A stretch of DNA of 64,000 bases from a virus, in the IMG/VR virus record IMGVR_UViG_3300008448_000004, positions 1 through 64,000 of that record. One strand, given 5' to 3'. The notes under the pieces were generated by a model. That model saw only the letters and a program-made list of their open reading frames with translations. It ran no database searches and was not told where the DNA came from. This document shows, in pieces, positions 37,288 through 45,864 of the stretch. Every line of letters starts with the position of its first letter. Positions within the stretch are counted from its first letter, which is position 1. Position numbers and translations under genes: made by a program.

Positions 37288-37398
37288 CGATCTACTTTAT
37301 ACTTTTTCAAGCTAGGAACGAGAGCCGGGCGGCCGGCGCTATTTTTTCTCGCGCGCGTCACCGTCTTGGGATCGAGATCGGCGCCCCCTTTCTGCTTA

Positions 37399-37653
37399 CT
37401 AGTAGTGTACGGGTTCATAAGTCATTTCAAAAATATCTGGCTTGCAAGGATAGATCTCACCTTTAACGCCTTTTATTACCCAATCTCCTTTGTCTGCTTT
37501 CATTACTCCTTCTAGAGTTGCAATATACAGGCCTTCTTCTGAATTGTTAATTCCTAATCCATCTCCTTTCATCTCTATAATCTGCTTGACTGATTCTGGA
37601 TCTGTGTACTGAATTGCTTCTACGAAAACTTGTTTCTTTTGAAAAATTGGCAT
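37399..37653 (-). CDS. Conserved phage protein (PGDYG-like)
   Basis: IATLEGVMKADKGDWVIKGVKGEIYPCKPDIFEMTY. Confidence 0.75.
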   Translation of the reverse strand: MPIFQKKQVFVEAIQYTDPESVKQIIEMKGDGLGINNSEEGLYIATLEGVMKADKGDWVIKGVKGEIYPCKPDIFEMTYEPVHY

Positions 37654-37656
37654 ACT

Positions 37657-38211
37657 TTATAGTTTTACTTTTATATTATCTGATTCTGCAGTCCATAAAT
37701 GAACGCTTGAATCAACTGTTATATCGCTTCTGTTCGGATCTCTTTTCCAAAACTCATGTCTAATTACTTGAATGATATCAAATGCCACCCTGCATGATTC
37801 ATCTACACTTGGATTGTGTATACCGTAAGAAGCGTTGTGACTCATCATATCACTGAGAAGCATATTCCTTCCCATGCATAATGTTCTCACACCAGCATCA
37901 CGAATGAGATGAAACTTTTCATAATCAATAGATAATTTAACTTGATCTTTAGGAAACCATCTAAGTTCTTCTTTAGCTCCCCACCATCCTTTGGTCTGTA
38001 TCCTATTCTTAGTCACCTTAACTACTTCGCCTTGCTCTGTTCTGTCCCCAATCTCTATAGGCTTCTTAGGTCTGAGCTTCTCTCTTAACACACCTTCGTA
38101 GGTTGGGTGATCTTTGATAACGTCCATCTGTCCTATGCCTACTCTTGAATAGAAGTCTAAAGCTTTTTGAATAAGGCGTAATTGTTCTTCTGTAACCTCT
38201 AATGTTGCCAT
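37657..38211 (-). CDS. Hypothetical protein
   Basis: 184 aa ORF. Confidence 0.7.
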   Translation of the reverse strand: MATLEVTEEQLRLIQKALDFYSRVGIGQMDVIKDHPTYEGVLREKLRPKKPIEIGDRTEQGEVVKVTKNRIQTKGWWGAKEELRWFPKDQVKLSIDYEKFHLIRDAGVRTLCMGRNMLLSDMMSHNASYGIHNPSVDESCRVAFDIIQVIRHEFWKRDPNRSDITVDSSVHLWTAESDNIKVKL

Positions 38212-38280
38212 CTTGTAGTTTGTTTGTTCATTCTAAATATAGTAAATAAACTTCTAATAAACTACTCTATAAGGTTCATA

Positions 38281-38305
38281 AAAAAGCCGGCTACTAAGGC
38301 CGGCT
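38281..38305 (-). terminator. Rho-independent terminator
   Basis: AGCCGGC-7nt-GCCGGCT followed by a T run. Confidence 0.8.
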
Positions 38306-38329
38306 CTTATATGGCATGCAAGGGGTAAT

Positions 38330-38602
38330 CTAAATCGTCTGGTTAATTATAATATGGAGCTCTTCTTTATCTAGTCCGGCTTTATGGGCCGCTAGTACTG
38401 CTTCTTCGAATTCTAAGCGAGGGAAGCTATCTTCAGCTAGAAAATCCATCATCTCAGCATCTACCTCTGCTTCATCTTCCATTACCGGGATCTCTGTTCT
38501 CTGCCCATCTAAAGGTGAGCCAGCATCATCCCAGCATTCGAAACATTCTCTTGATTCGTTTATACCTGCTAGCTTCTGGAGTCTTTTTATTTCGCTTTTC
38601 AT
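38330..38602 (-). CDS. Acidic small protein with RLQKLAGINE motif, putative internal head protein
   Basis: Start moved to MKSEIKRLQKLAGINESRE (38602). Confidence 0.65.
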   Translation of the reverse strand: MKSEIKRLQKLAGINESRECFECWDDAGSPLDGQRTEIPVMEDEAEVDAEMMDFLAEDSFPRLEFEEAVLAAHKAGLDKEELHIIINQTI

Positions 38603-38613
38603 TCTTGTTTGTT

Positions 38614-39129
38614 TTAACGTCTGCAATAATGATCAGCAACTTGGTCTCTATTTCCTTCGTCATCTACACGGTAACATTTTCCATCATTACCTCTCATATA
38701 GATTACTTCATATTCATCTAGAACAGCTGATGATTCGTCTCCGGGTATTGCTGTTTCTACTCCTTTCTCATCTGTATCCGGATAGTCTGTTACTGCTTGA
38801 TCTTCTTCTATATCGTCTTCACCTCCTTCAGCAGCAGCTACTAAACTTAAGAATTCTTTATCCTGTAGCATAGCTGGGTTGTGAATATCTAGAGTAGCCA
38901 TTGTATCATCTCCATATTCAACCCATTCTACAGCATCAACTCCTTCTCCACCATCCCATTCGTGCTGGCCTACTACTTTATACTTAGATCTAATGTAATC
39001 AGATACTGCTTGTATAGCATCTAGATCATATCCAAAAAAGAAAGATTTAATTGGTTCTTTTTCCTCATTTAAAGAACGGATTCCAGCTAATTGTTGCATT
39101 CTAGCTGCTTCGTTAACGTATTGTTTCAT
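38614..39129 (-). CDS. Acidic protein with RMQQLAGI..LNE motif, putative internal head protein
   Basis: MKQYVNEAARMQQLAGIRSLNEEK, followed by a strongly acidic region. Confidence 0.7.
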   Translation of the reverse strand: MKQYVNEAARMQQLAGIRSLNEEKEPIKSFFFGYDLDAIQAVSDYIRSKYKVVGQHEWDGGEGVDAVEWVEYGDDTMATLDIHNPAMLQDKEFLSLVAAAEGGEDDIEEDQAVTDYPDTDEKGVETAIPGDESSAVLDEYEVIYMRGNDGKCYRVDDEGNRDQVADHYCRR

Positions 39130-39233
39130 ATATATTGTTTTAAAATTTCGTGATTTGCTTTTATTCTCTTGTCATTTTTTAACCCAGACTTCCTACTTTT
39201 CATAGGTTTGGGTTTAGGTTTTCTTCTTGCCAT
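39126..39233 (-). CDS. Small basic peptide (35 aa)
   Basis: Translated by hand: MARRKPKPKPMKSRKSGLKNDKRIKANHEILKQYI*. Its start overlaps the upstream stop and its stop overlaps the next ATG. Confidence 0.6.
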   Translation of the reverse strand: MARRKPKPKPMKSRKSGLKNDKRIKANHEILKQYI

Positions 39234-39535
39234 TATGGTACTAAACTAAAATGTATACGATCTGTGTCTATAAAACGAGACATAACATTGATCATAACGC
39301 TATCTATAGTAGATATATCAGGAAGAAGAGAAACGTTAACAGTCTGTTCAGTAGCTTCTACAGTCTGTACTAGATTACCGTTAAAGTAAAAGAATACAAC
39401 ACAGACCCAAGTGAATGTAGTTTGTGCTTGATTTGTATGACGGGTAATAAATCCTACGCGGTCTGTTCTTTCATACTCCTGTAAGATACTGCCAAACTTT
39501 TCTGCTTCTGTCCTAATTGCTTGAGTAATTGTCAT
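39233..39535 (-). CDS. Hypothetical late protein
   Basis: 100 aa; TATTTATA motif at 39539-39546. Confidence 0.7.
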   Translation of the reverse strand: MTITQAIRTEAEKFGSILQEYERTDRVGFITRHTNQAQTTFTWVCVVFFYFNGNLVQTVEATEQTVNVSLLPDISTIDSVMINVMSRFIDTDRIHFSLVP

Positions 39536-39538
39536 GTC

Positions 39539-39546
39539 TATAAATA
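39539..39546 (-). promoter_or_regulatory. Putative late promoter CTATTTATA
   Basis: Just upstream of 39535. Confidence 0.65.
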
Positions 39547-39549
39547 GTG

Positions 39550-40152
39550 TTAAAATTTTACAAAACTACAAAAAAGATTCTTAGATTGCTGCCAAGACTT
39601 AGTCGGTTTAGCATTTAAGAAATAATAGCACTCTTTCTTCTTAGAGATCTCCCAAAATATATGTTTATGAAAAGCAGTTGGTATAGTAGCACCGGCTGGT
39701 ACTCTTGTATTAGATTTAAACTCTAATATTATTTTGATCGTAAGCGGCTCTCTATCATCCCAAATTCTTTCTTGCTGTTCTAATAGTCTCCACTCTCCTC
39801 TATTCAAATCCTGTTGCTGTAGAGCACTATTAAGATAAGAAAAGGTCTGGTAGAGGTTCTCCATACTATCCGAAAAGGTAGCAGCGGGAGCTAGGTGTCC
39901 TTTATCCCAAGGATTACTATAATAGTCTTGTCCGTCTGATGTATGTATATCTCTCTCGGTGTGAAAGTCCATCGTACCTCTATTAACTTTAGTCTGTCTG
40001 TTTGTTGATCTGTATATCAACCATTTTGGTTGTTCTAAAACTTCGGAGTAAACTACTTCAAAGATTTTATTCTTCACGTAAACTGAATCGCGGTTCTGTG
40101 CTTGTGCTGATAAGCTGAAGCTAAATAGTACTAGTAGGAAAATGTTCTTCAT
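39550..40152 (-). CDS. Exported DNA/RNA non-specific endonuclease (His-Me finger, NucA/EndG family)
   Basis: Signal peptide MKNIFLLVLFSFSLSAQA; WDKGHLAPAATFS...TFSYLNSALQQQDLNRGEWRLLE...IPTAFHK. Confidence 0.9.
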   Translation of the reverse strand: MKNIFLLVLFSFSLSAQAQNRDSVYVKNKIFEVVYSEVLEQPKWLIYRSTNRQTKVNRGTMDFHTERDIHTSDGQDYYSNPWDKGHLAPAATFSDSMENLYQTFSYLNSALQQQDLNRGEWRLLEQQERIWDDREPLTIKIILEFKSNTRVPAGATIPTAFHKHIFWEISKKKECYYFLNAKPTKSWQQSKNLFCSFVKF

Positions 40153-40161
40153 TCCTTTTGA

Positions 40162-40169
40162 TATAAATA
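40162..40169 (-). promoter_or_regulatory. Putative late promoter CTATTTATA (exported nuclease)
   Basis: 10 nt upstream of 40152. Confidence 0.65.
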
Positions 40170-40172
40170 GCT

Positions 40173-40523
40173 TTACTCAGCATATTTACCGTCATCTATA
40201 TCTTTCAATACCTGTTTAATATGTTTACAATGTGATCGTCCTCCTCCAAAGGTAAACGCTTCACAACTACAAGACCATTTCTCATTTGAGTATCTAACAT
40301 CATATACTTTTCCTTTTGATCCAGGTACTTCAAAATCCATCTCTATATCTAGAGCAGGGTTTCTTTTCTGACCGTAATGCTTTCTAAACCAGAGTAGATC
40401 CTTATAGGTAGTCTCCATCGGAACTTCCTCCCACTTACCCTCGACGATCAGATACTTCTTGCCAGGCTCTTGAATTGATTCGAAGAGCACTGGCGGCATC
40501 ATACTGTGTATTATCCTAGGCAT
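40173..40523 (-). CDS. SWIM zinc-finger protein
   Basis: VPGSKGKVYDV...WSCSCEAF...CKHIKQV (CxC...CxH). Confidence 0.85.
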   Translation of the reverse strand: MPRIIHSMMPPVLFESIQEPGKKYLIVEGKWEEVPMETTYKDLLWFRKHYGQKRNPALDIEMDFEVPGSKGKVYDVRYSNEKWSCSCEAFTFGGGRSHCKHIKQVLKDIDDGKYAE

Positions 40524-40526
40524 GTA

Positions 40527-41414
40527 TTAAGCATTTTGGTTTTTAGTATACTCGGCGTAATGCGCTTCAGCTCGCTTAGTCTTCCAATCAGCTGTTTTAG
40601 TTTCCCATTCGTATACTTCTTCGATAAACTGATCAAGTCTCATAGCTGTTAATTCGTAAGTTCGAAGGCTCTTCGGACCACCTTCAACTTCTACGCGATA
40701 TTTTATACCGACTTTACCTATAATCTTATACGAATTAATATAGGTGTATTCGTAGTTACCACGTCCGTACTGAAGTTGTGCGGTGCCTGGCTTCTCTTCA
40801 AGTATACGTTTGTCTTCTTGCCAGTTAATCTCTTTGTAGGGCTTTAGGGTAAACTTAACACCTATCTTCCTATACTCTGCTTTCTTCTGTACTGCCATAT
40901 CTGACTCTACCTGACGAACACTTCGGTTGAGCGTTTGAATCTCTTCCCAGATAGGAGCTATTTCACTCTCTGTAGCATCGTAGGCATGGCTCCAGTTATT
41001 AAGGAATTCATTAGCTATGGCACTAAAGTTCTTTCCTACTTCTCCGACTAGCTTCATATAGGTAAGTTCAGCATTATAGCCGACTTGTATACTGCTCTCT
41101 CCATCAAACCGAAGATTACAGTACTCTTCATTTTTACCTTCGCTACGCCAGTTACGTTCTTTTCGAAGTTCTACCTGACGAGTCCATCGTGATTTGCTTT
41201 CCATATTAACTGAGATGTTAATTGCGGAAGAGTTGGACATCTCTACTTTCAAAGGTACGTAGATTAGATCACATTCAGTTCGCAACCAGTCGGTAATCTC
41301 GGCAACTAGTTTTTCTTTTGCCGGAATAACAACTTCGGTGTGCATAGTTTTAGCTTTAAGCTCGAGCGATTCGATCTGAGACTTAAGGGCGTTGAGGACA
41401 ATTTGATTACTCAT
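40527..41414 (-). CDS. Hypothetical early protein (coiled-coil rich)
   Basis: 295 aa ORF directly after the promoter at 41438. Confidence 0.75.
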   Translation of the reverse strand: MSNQIVLNALKSQIESLELKAKTMHTEVVIPAKEKLVAEITDWLRTECDLIYVPLKVEMSNSSAINISVNMESKSRWTRQVELRKERNWRSEGKNEEYCNLRFDGESSIQVGYNAELTYMKLVGEVGKNFSAIANEFLNNWSHAYDATESEIAPIWEEIQTLNRSVRQVESDMAVQKKAEYRKIGVKFTLKPYKEINWQEDKRILEEKPGTAQLQYGRGNYEYTYINSYKIIGKVGIKYRVEVEGGPKSLRTYELTAMRLDQFIEEVYEWETKTADWKTKRAEAHYAEYTKNQNA

Positions 41415-41437
41415 AACTTTTATTTAATTGATTTAAC

Positions 41438-41468
41438 TAAAGATAGGTGATGTTTTTCAGACTAGCAA
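41438..41468 (-). promoter_or_regulatory. Early promoter
   Basis: AAGTTGCTAGTCTGAA...TATCTTTAGTTAAATC; 20-nt spacer. Confidence 0.85.
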
Positions 41469-41475
41469 CTTTTTT

Positions 41476-41733
41476 TTAACAGCCAGCTTGACGTTCTAGC
41501 TCTTCATCGATTCGCATCTGATGGTATTTCCATTTCTCCCAAAACTCAGCATTAGTTTCTTTTTCGGGAGCAGGCCAGTTTTTATCATTAGACCAGCCTT
41601 CGGGAAACATCGGCTTAAAGTCCTCGTCTGTTAACTTAGGATTCATAAGCTCAAAAGTAGCTCTAAATCTAGAGTAATCTTTGTCTTCAAGACTCATTCT
41701 CACTAGCGTCTGTAACGCATTCTTCTTATTCAT
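41476..41733 (-). CDS. Hypothetical early protein
   Basis: Start moved to MNKKNAL (41733). Confidence 0.65.
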   Translation of the reverse strand: MNKKNALQTLVRMSLEDKDYSRFRATFELMNPKLTDEDFKPMFPEGWSNDKNWPAPEKETNAEFWEKWKYHQMRIDEELERQAGC

Positions 41734-41758
41734 AACTTTTATTTTTAACATGATTTGA

Positions 41759-41992
41759 TTAGCAGTAGATAGCGGTGGTTACGTTGGCTTTGAGCCTATT
41801 CCAAAACGTCTTATCTTTTCGTATGAACATTGTCATGCTCTTCTTAACATAAGACTCCTCAATCCAACCGTCGACAGTCACAGAGCTATTATACAGGCGG
41901 ACAAAGATCCCAGCACAGTAAGGCATATTATTATCTCTAAAGAAGTCTACAAGCTGGTCAAGGTTCAGTCTGTCTGTTAAATTCGTATTCAT
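41759..41992 (-). CDS. Hypothetical early protein
   Basis: 77 aa after the promoter at 42018. Confidence 0.7.
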   Translation of the reverse strand: MNTNLTDRLNLDQLVDFFRDNNMPYCAGIFVRLYNSSVTVDGWIEESYVKKSMTMFIRKDKTFWNRLKANVTTAIYC

Positions 41993-42017
41993 AACTTTTA
42001 TTTTTGATTGATATAAC

Positions 42018-42048
42018 TAAAGGTACGAGCTTTTTTTCAGGCCGCCAA
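42018..42048 (-). promoter_or_regulatory. Early promoter
   Basis: AAGTTGGCGGCCTGAA...TACCTTTAGTTATATCAATC; 20-nt spacer. Confidence 0.85.
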
Positions 42049-42174
42049 CTTTTTCCAAGATTTATTTTTACGAGAGTAAACCTTTTTAGAAGGCTTTACC
42101 TTCTGGATCATCTGACGGCGGATGATTTGAGCTACGTGTCGCTCTGAAAGTCCGTTAAAAGTATCGTTTGTCAT
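42037..42174 (-). CDS. Small basic protein (45 aa)
   Basis: Translated by hand: MTNDTFNGLSERHVAQIIRRQMIQKVKPSKKVYSRKNKSWKKLA*; lies between two early promoters. Confidence 0.55.
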   Translation of the reverse strand: MTNDTFNGLSERHVAQIIRRQMIQKVKPSKKVYSRKNKSWKKLAA

Positions 42175-42196
42175 AACTACTATTGATTGATATAAC

Positions 42197-42227
42197 TAAA
42201 GATACGGAGACTATCTCAGACGAGCAA
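42197..42227 (-). promoter_or_regulatory. Early promoter, consensus copy
   Basis: AAGTTGCTCGTCTGAG...TATCTTTAGTTATATCAATC; 20-nt spacer. Confidence 0.85.
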
Positions 42228-42251
42228 CTTTATTTTAAAAAGTACAAAAAA

Positions 42252-42301
42252 AAGCCCATTGAGAATCAATGGGTTATAACTTATTGAGAATCAATGAGTT
42301 A
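42252..42301. repeat. Tandem 25-bp palindrome pair (locus D)
   Basis: AAGCCCATTGAGAATCAATGGGTTA directly followed by TAACTTATTGAGAATCAATGAGTTA. Confidence 0.92.
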
Positions 42302-42526
42302 GAAAAGGCGGTTATTCCCTCTACCTGCTTGATGATTTTCTTTCATCAACCTATACCAGGTTAGGCTAATATCAATTGCTGCAAGAAGAGGAGCAAAGAT
42401 TATAATAGCTAAAGTCTCAAGTCCGGGAGTAGCGCCGATAACTCCGTCGAGGGTATACCTTTTATAACTCTTAAACGCTCTCCAAAGACAGTAGGTAATG
42501 CTTACAATGTAAATAATCCAAAACAT
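42299..42526 (-). CDS. Small membrane protein
   Basis: 75 aa with two hydrophobic helices; its TAA stop is supplied by the palindrome end. Confidence 0.65.
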   Translation of the reverse strand: MFWIIYIVSITYCLWRAFKSYKRYTLDGVIGATPGLETLAIIIFAPLLAAIDISLTWYRLMKENHQAGRGNNRLF

Positions 42527-42537
42527 ATGTTTAATTT

Positions 42538-43317
42538 TTAGTATATATCTAATGTTCTATCTGCTCTAATTTCAACCTCCCAAGGTTTGTTTACTGGGTT
42601 ATAGGCATGGTTACATATGCTTGCGTTTATGTAAGTAGTAAAGACATTCTCATCCCAGCCATGACTTTCATGTATATGTCCCGATAGGTGTAACAGAGGT
42701 GAAATACCTTCTACTTTCTTTCTAAGATCTTCACATCCTACATACTCTTGGGTAGACGGAATGTAGTCTAGTTTATAAGCAACCGGTCCATGAGTTATAA
42801 TTATGTCTGTATCTCTAGGAATCTCTTCCCAGATCTTAGCTATATCCGGACCTCGGTGAGCGTTAAACGCCCATCTATCTCCATGAAACCAGGGAGTATA
42901 TGGACTACCCCATATCTTTATCGTATTACTACCATCGCCTATTTCTATCGACGAGTTTTCCAAATAAGAAACGCCATAATCGCTAAGTTCAAAATCAGAT
43001 AGAGTATTACGAAGCCACGTTGGCTTTTTGCTATGCGATGTATCGTCCCAAAGATCGGAATCTTCATAAGTTCTAAAAAATTTTGGATCAAATGACTTAT
43101 CATGGTTGCCTGCAATAAATACAACTCCATAGGTAAATCTAGGAGCTTGTTTAATACACCATTCAAAGAAGTCCATAACCTCTCCTTTCTGTCCAACTCC
43201 GGAGAAGTCTCCTGCATGTAGTAAAACATCTCCATCAGGCAATGCATTAGGGAAGCGAGCTTTGCTTGTAAGGTGCTTATGCTGGTTGTGTGTGTCTGAT
43301 ATGCAGACTAGTTTCAT
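42538..43317 (-). CDS. Calcineurin-like metallophosphoesterase
   Basis: ISDTHN...DVLLHAGDFS...IAGNHD...IIITHGP...LHLSGHIHESHG. Confidence 0.9.
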   Translation of the reverse strand: MKLVCISDTHNQHKHLTSKARFPNALPDGDVLLHAGDFSGVGQKGEVMDFFEWCIKQAPRFTYGVVFIAGNHDKSFDPKFFRTYEDSDLWDDTSHSKKPTWLRNTLSDFELSDYGVSYLENSSIEIGDGSNTIKIWGSPYTPWFHGDRWAFNAHRGPDIAKIWEEIPRDTDIIITHGPVAYKLDYIPSTQEYVGCEDLRKKVEGISPLLHLSGHIHESHGWDENVFTTYINASICNHAYNPVNKPWEVEIRADRTLDIY

Positions 43318-43517
43318 GAAAGTATTGCTTTAAGCTTTAACATATCGTACTGTGCTAACATATCTTTAGCATTAAGTATCCCAGTCCTATCAGTATACAT
43401 ACGTGATACTTTTAATTCTTTAACCCATTTCTGGTAGTTAGCATCTAATTTCGTCTGTTCACGTTCCAGCTCAATCTCCTGTAAACGATCTAGATCTAGA
43501 GTTAATATACTATTCAT
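43314..43517 (-). CDS. Hypothetical protein
   Basis: 67 aa after the promoter at 43534. Confidence 0.65.
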   Translation of the reverse strand: MNSILTLDLDRLQEIELEREQTKLDANYQKWVKELKVSRMYTDRTGILNAKDMLAQYDMLKLKAILS

Positions 43518-43533
43518 AGAGGTTTATTTGAAA

Positions 43534-43564
43534 TAAAGATAGGGGTTATCTATCAAATATCAAA
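43534..43564 (-). promoter_or_regulatory. Early promoter variant
   Basis: TTTG-N19-TATCTTTA. Confidence 0.6.
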
Positions 43565-43769
43565 CTGATTCTTGTTCGTGAGAGTTATCTAAGGATCCTA
43601 CCGTCTGGTATGCATCCCATAGCTGCTCTAAAGCATGCTCTAGTTGAACTTTAACATTTCTATTCTGCTTCGATACTGGATGATTCATACAGTGCTCATC
43701 TAAGGTACACATCAGTATATGTAATCGATCCATAAGTTCAAGATAGTGTCCGGCATTAACTTTTTCCAT
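43560..43769 (-). CDS. Hypothetical protein
   Basis: 69 aa ORF. Confidence 0.65.
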   Translation of the reverse strand: MEKVNAGHYLELMDRLHILMCTLDEHCMNHPVSKQNRNVKVQLEHALEQLWDAYQTVGSLDNSHEQESV

Positions 43770-43774
43770 ATAAA

Positions 43775-44704
43775 CTAATTACTCAGAGGTGCTTTAATTG
43801 CTGGATGATATTGATAGTCTTCTAGTTGAAAGTTAACTTCACCGTTTACTGCTTCATCTAATCCCTTGTGTTCTAAGTTAGCTAAGAATATAGGATTCAT
43901 TTGTAACCTGGGTAGCTTATAAGGTGTTCTTTTAATTTGTTCTTTTGCCTGCTCAATATGGTTACTGTATAGATGTACATCGCCTAGATTACCTATTAGT
44001 TCATCGGGAACCATACCTACTGCTTTAGCGAGAATTTGAAGAAGTAATCCGTACGAAGCAATGTTAAACGGCAACCCTAGGAACGTATCTACTGATCGTT
44101 GATTCCACATTAGAGAGATTGCTCTTGTAGGTGCTGCATTATTTGCCGGGTAATAAGTTAGTCTTTCTTGTACGGTTAACTCTCTCGTATAGACTTGAAA
44201 TCCATAATGACAAGGAGGTAATACCATTTGATCTAACTCGGCTACATTCCAAGCATTGACCATCAATCTTCTACTATCCGGGTCTGTTTTTAGTTGATGT
44301 ATGAGCATTAGAATCTGATCATACCATACTGATCCTTTTGCTAAGTAGTGAACGTTCGGAAGATCTATCCATCCTTGCCATCTCCTCCATTGTTTACCGT
44401 AGATTGGTCCTAATTCACCATCTGTTCTTCCTGATTTAATATAGTCACCATCCCAAATATGGCAGTTATTATCATGTAGAAATTTAATATTAGTATCCCC
44501 TCTCAAGAACCAAACAAGTTCAGTCACCATAGTCTTGAATGCCATCTTCTTTGTAGTCAACAATGGAAATCCTTCTTTCATGTTGTGCCTAATTTGCCAA
44601 CCGAAGATTGATCTTGCCCCTGTACCTGTTCGATCTGCTTTATCGATGCCGAAATGTAGGATATGTTCTACTAACTCTTTGTACTGACGATCTATATTGT
44701 TCAT
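43775..44704 (-). CDS. thyA: Thymidylate synthase
   Basis: DRTGTG, FPLLTTKK, ELGPIYGKQWR, DPDSRRLMVNAWN, LPPCH, QRSVDTFLGLPFNIASY, GDVHLYSNH. Confidence 0.97.
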   Translation of the reverse strand: MNNIDRQYKELVEHILHFGIDKADRTGTGARSIFGWQIRHNMKEGFPLLTTKKMAFKTMVTELVWFLRGDTNIKFLHDNNCHIWDGDYIKSGRTDGELGPIYGKQWRRWQGWIDLPNVHYLAKGSVWYDQILMLIHQLKTDPDSRRLMVNAWNVAELDQMVLPPCHYGFQVYTRELTVQERLTYYPANNAAPTRAISLMWNQRSVDTFLGLPFNIASYGLLLQILAKAVGMVPDELIGNLGDVHLYSNHIEQAKEQIKRTPYKLPRLQMNPIFLANLEHKGLDEAVNGEVNFQLEDYQYHPAIKAPLSN

Positions 44705-44713
44705 TAATCTGGT

Positions 44714-45571
44714 TTAATCTTCACTAACAGCTCTACCTACTTGTTTTAGCCAATCTAGGTCTGTTCTAACTAAAGCATTCTTATTAATAGCTGCTGTAAG
44801 GATGGTTGTATCAACATCTAAAGACTTTGCTAGAAACTCTAGCGCTTTTATATCTTTAGGGAAGCAATGACCTCCGTACCCGTAATCACCATCCGGTCCA
44901 GGCACTGCCCAGTGAGAGTGTCCTAACCTATCATCGTATCGAGCATACTCAATAACCTTATCATAATCTATGCTCAATGCTCGACATAGCTCGTACATTT
45001 CGTTTGCAAAAGAAACTTTAGTTGCAAGGAAAGTATTAGTAACATACTTTATCATTTCAGCAGTTGTAGAATCTGTTTTAATGATATTAACTTTAGGAAA
45101 TACTTTTGAGAAGATATGTTTAACTCTAGAAGATACTTCTCTTTCTCCTCCTATAATTATCCTACTCTGATTTTTATAATCTTCTACTGCGTTAGCTTCT
45201 GTTAGAAACTCTGGGTTAAATGTTACCGTTAGGTTAGAGTACTCTCGATTAAGGCCTTTAGTAGTGCCGGGTGGAACAGTAGACTTTAGAATAACTACAA
45301 GATCTACTATACCTAGATTATAAGCGGCAAGGTCTAGCTCTCTCAGCACGCTTCGTACAATACTAAGATCACATTCGCCATTCTTTTTCATCGGAGTAGG
45401 TACACATAAGAAGATATCTCGAGTTAAAGATACCAGCTGGTCTACTGAGGATGTATTAGTTTGTTTTGTTTTATCTTTATCGTAGGTGTAGATATTGAAA
45501 TGATTCTTCATTCCTTCTCTAACGGCTGAACCTACAAAGCCTTGTCCTATAATACCTATTGATTCTTTCAT
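44714..45571 (-). CDS. UDP-glucose/GDP-mannose dehydrogenase family protein (short form without the C-terminal UDP-binding domain)
   Basis: IGIIGQGFVG Rossmann motif; FLCVPTP, KSTVPPGTT, FNPEFLTE, AEMIKYVTNTFLATKVSFANE, GYGGHCFPKD. Confidence 0.9.
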   Translation of the reverse strand: MKESIGIIGQGFVGSAVREGMKNHFNIYTYDKDKTKQTNTSSVDQLVSLTRDIFLCVPTPMKKNGECDLSIVRSVLRELDLAAYNLGIVDLVVILKSTVPPGTTKGLNREYSNLTVTFNPEFLTEANAVEDYKNQSRIIIGGEREVSSRVKHIFSKVFPKVNIIKTDSTTAEMIKYVTNTFLATKVSFANEMYELCRALSIDYDKVIEYARYDDRLGHSHWAVPGPDGDYGYGGHCFPKDIKALEFLAKSLDVDTTILTAAINKNALVRTDLDWLKQVGRAVSED

Positions 45572-45864
45572 TCTGTTTCTTCTGAGATGATTGTTGCGTA
45601 TTGATCTGCTGCTTTAGGGTTACGTTCGTTAAGTATTTGGAAAGCTACCTGGTAGCGTCCTAACTCTATCTGAGTAGGGAATAATTCACTGTAGAGAGAA
45701 TCAGCTTTACTTTCAATACTGTCTACGTGATGTGCTAGGCTATCTGCTCTTAGCTCTAGAGTGTAGAGTTTAGTTCTTAGCCTGCTTACTTTCTTGTAAT
45801 TAGAGAATTGAAGGATTGCCATACCTGCAACTAAAATTGCAGCTAACAAATAAGTCTTATTCAT
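45568..45864 (-). CDS. Exported or membrane-anchored coiled-coil protein
   Basis: N-terminal hydrophobic helix; RADSLAHHVDSIESKADSLY. Confidence 0.7.
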   Translation of the reverse strand: MNKTYLLAAILVAGMAILQFSNYKKVSRLRTKLYTLELRADSLAHHVDSIESKADSLYSELFPTQIELGRYQVAFQILNERNPKAADQYATIISEETE

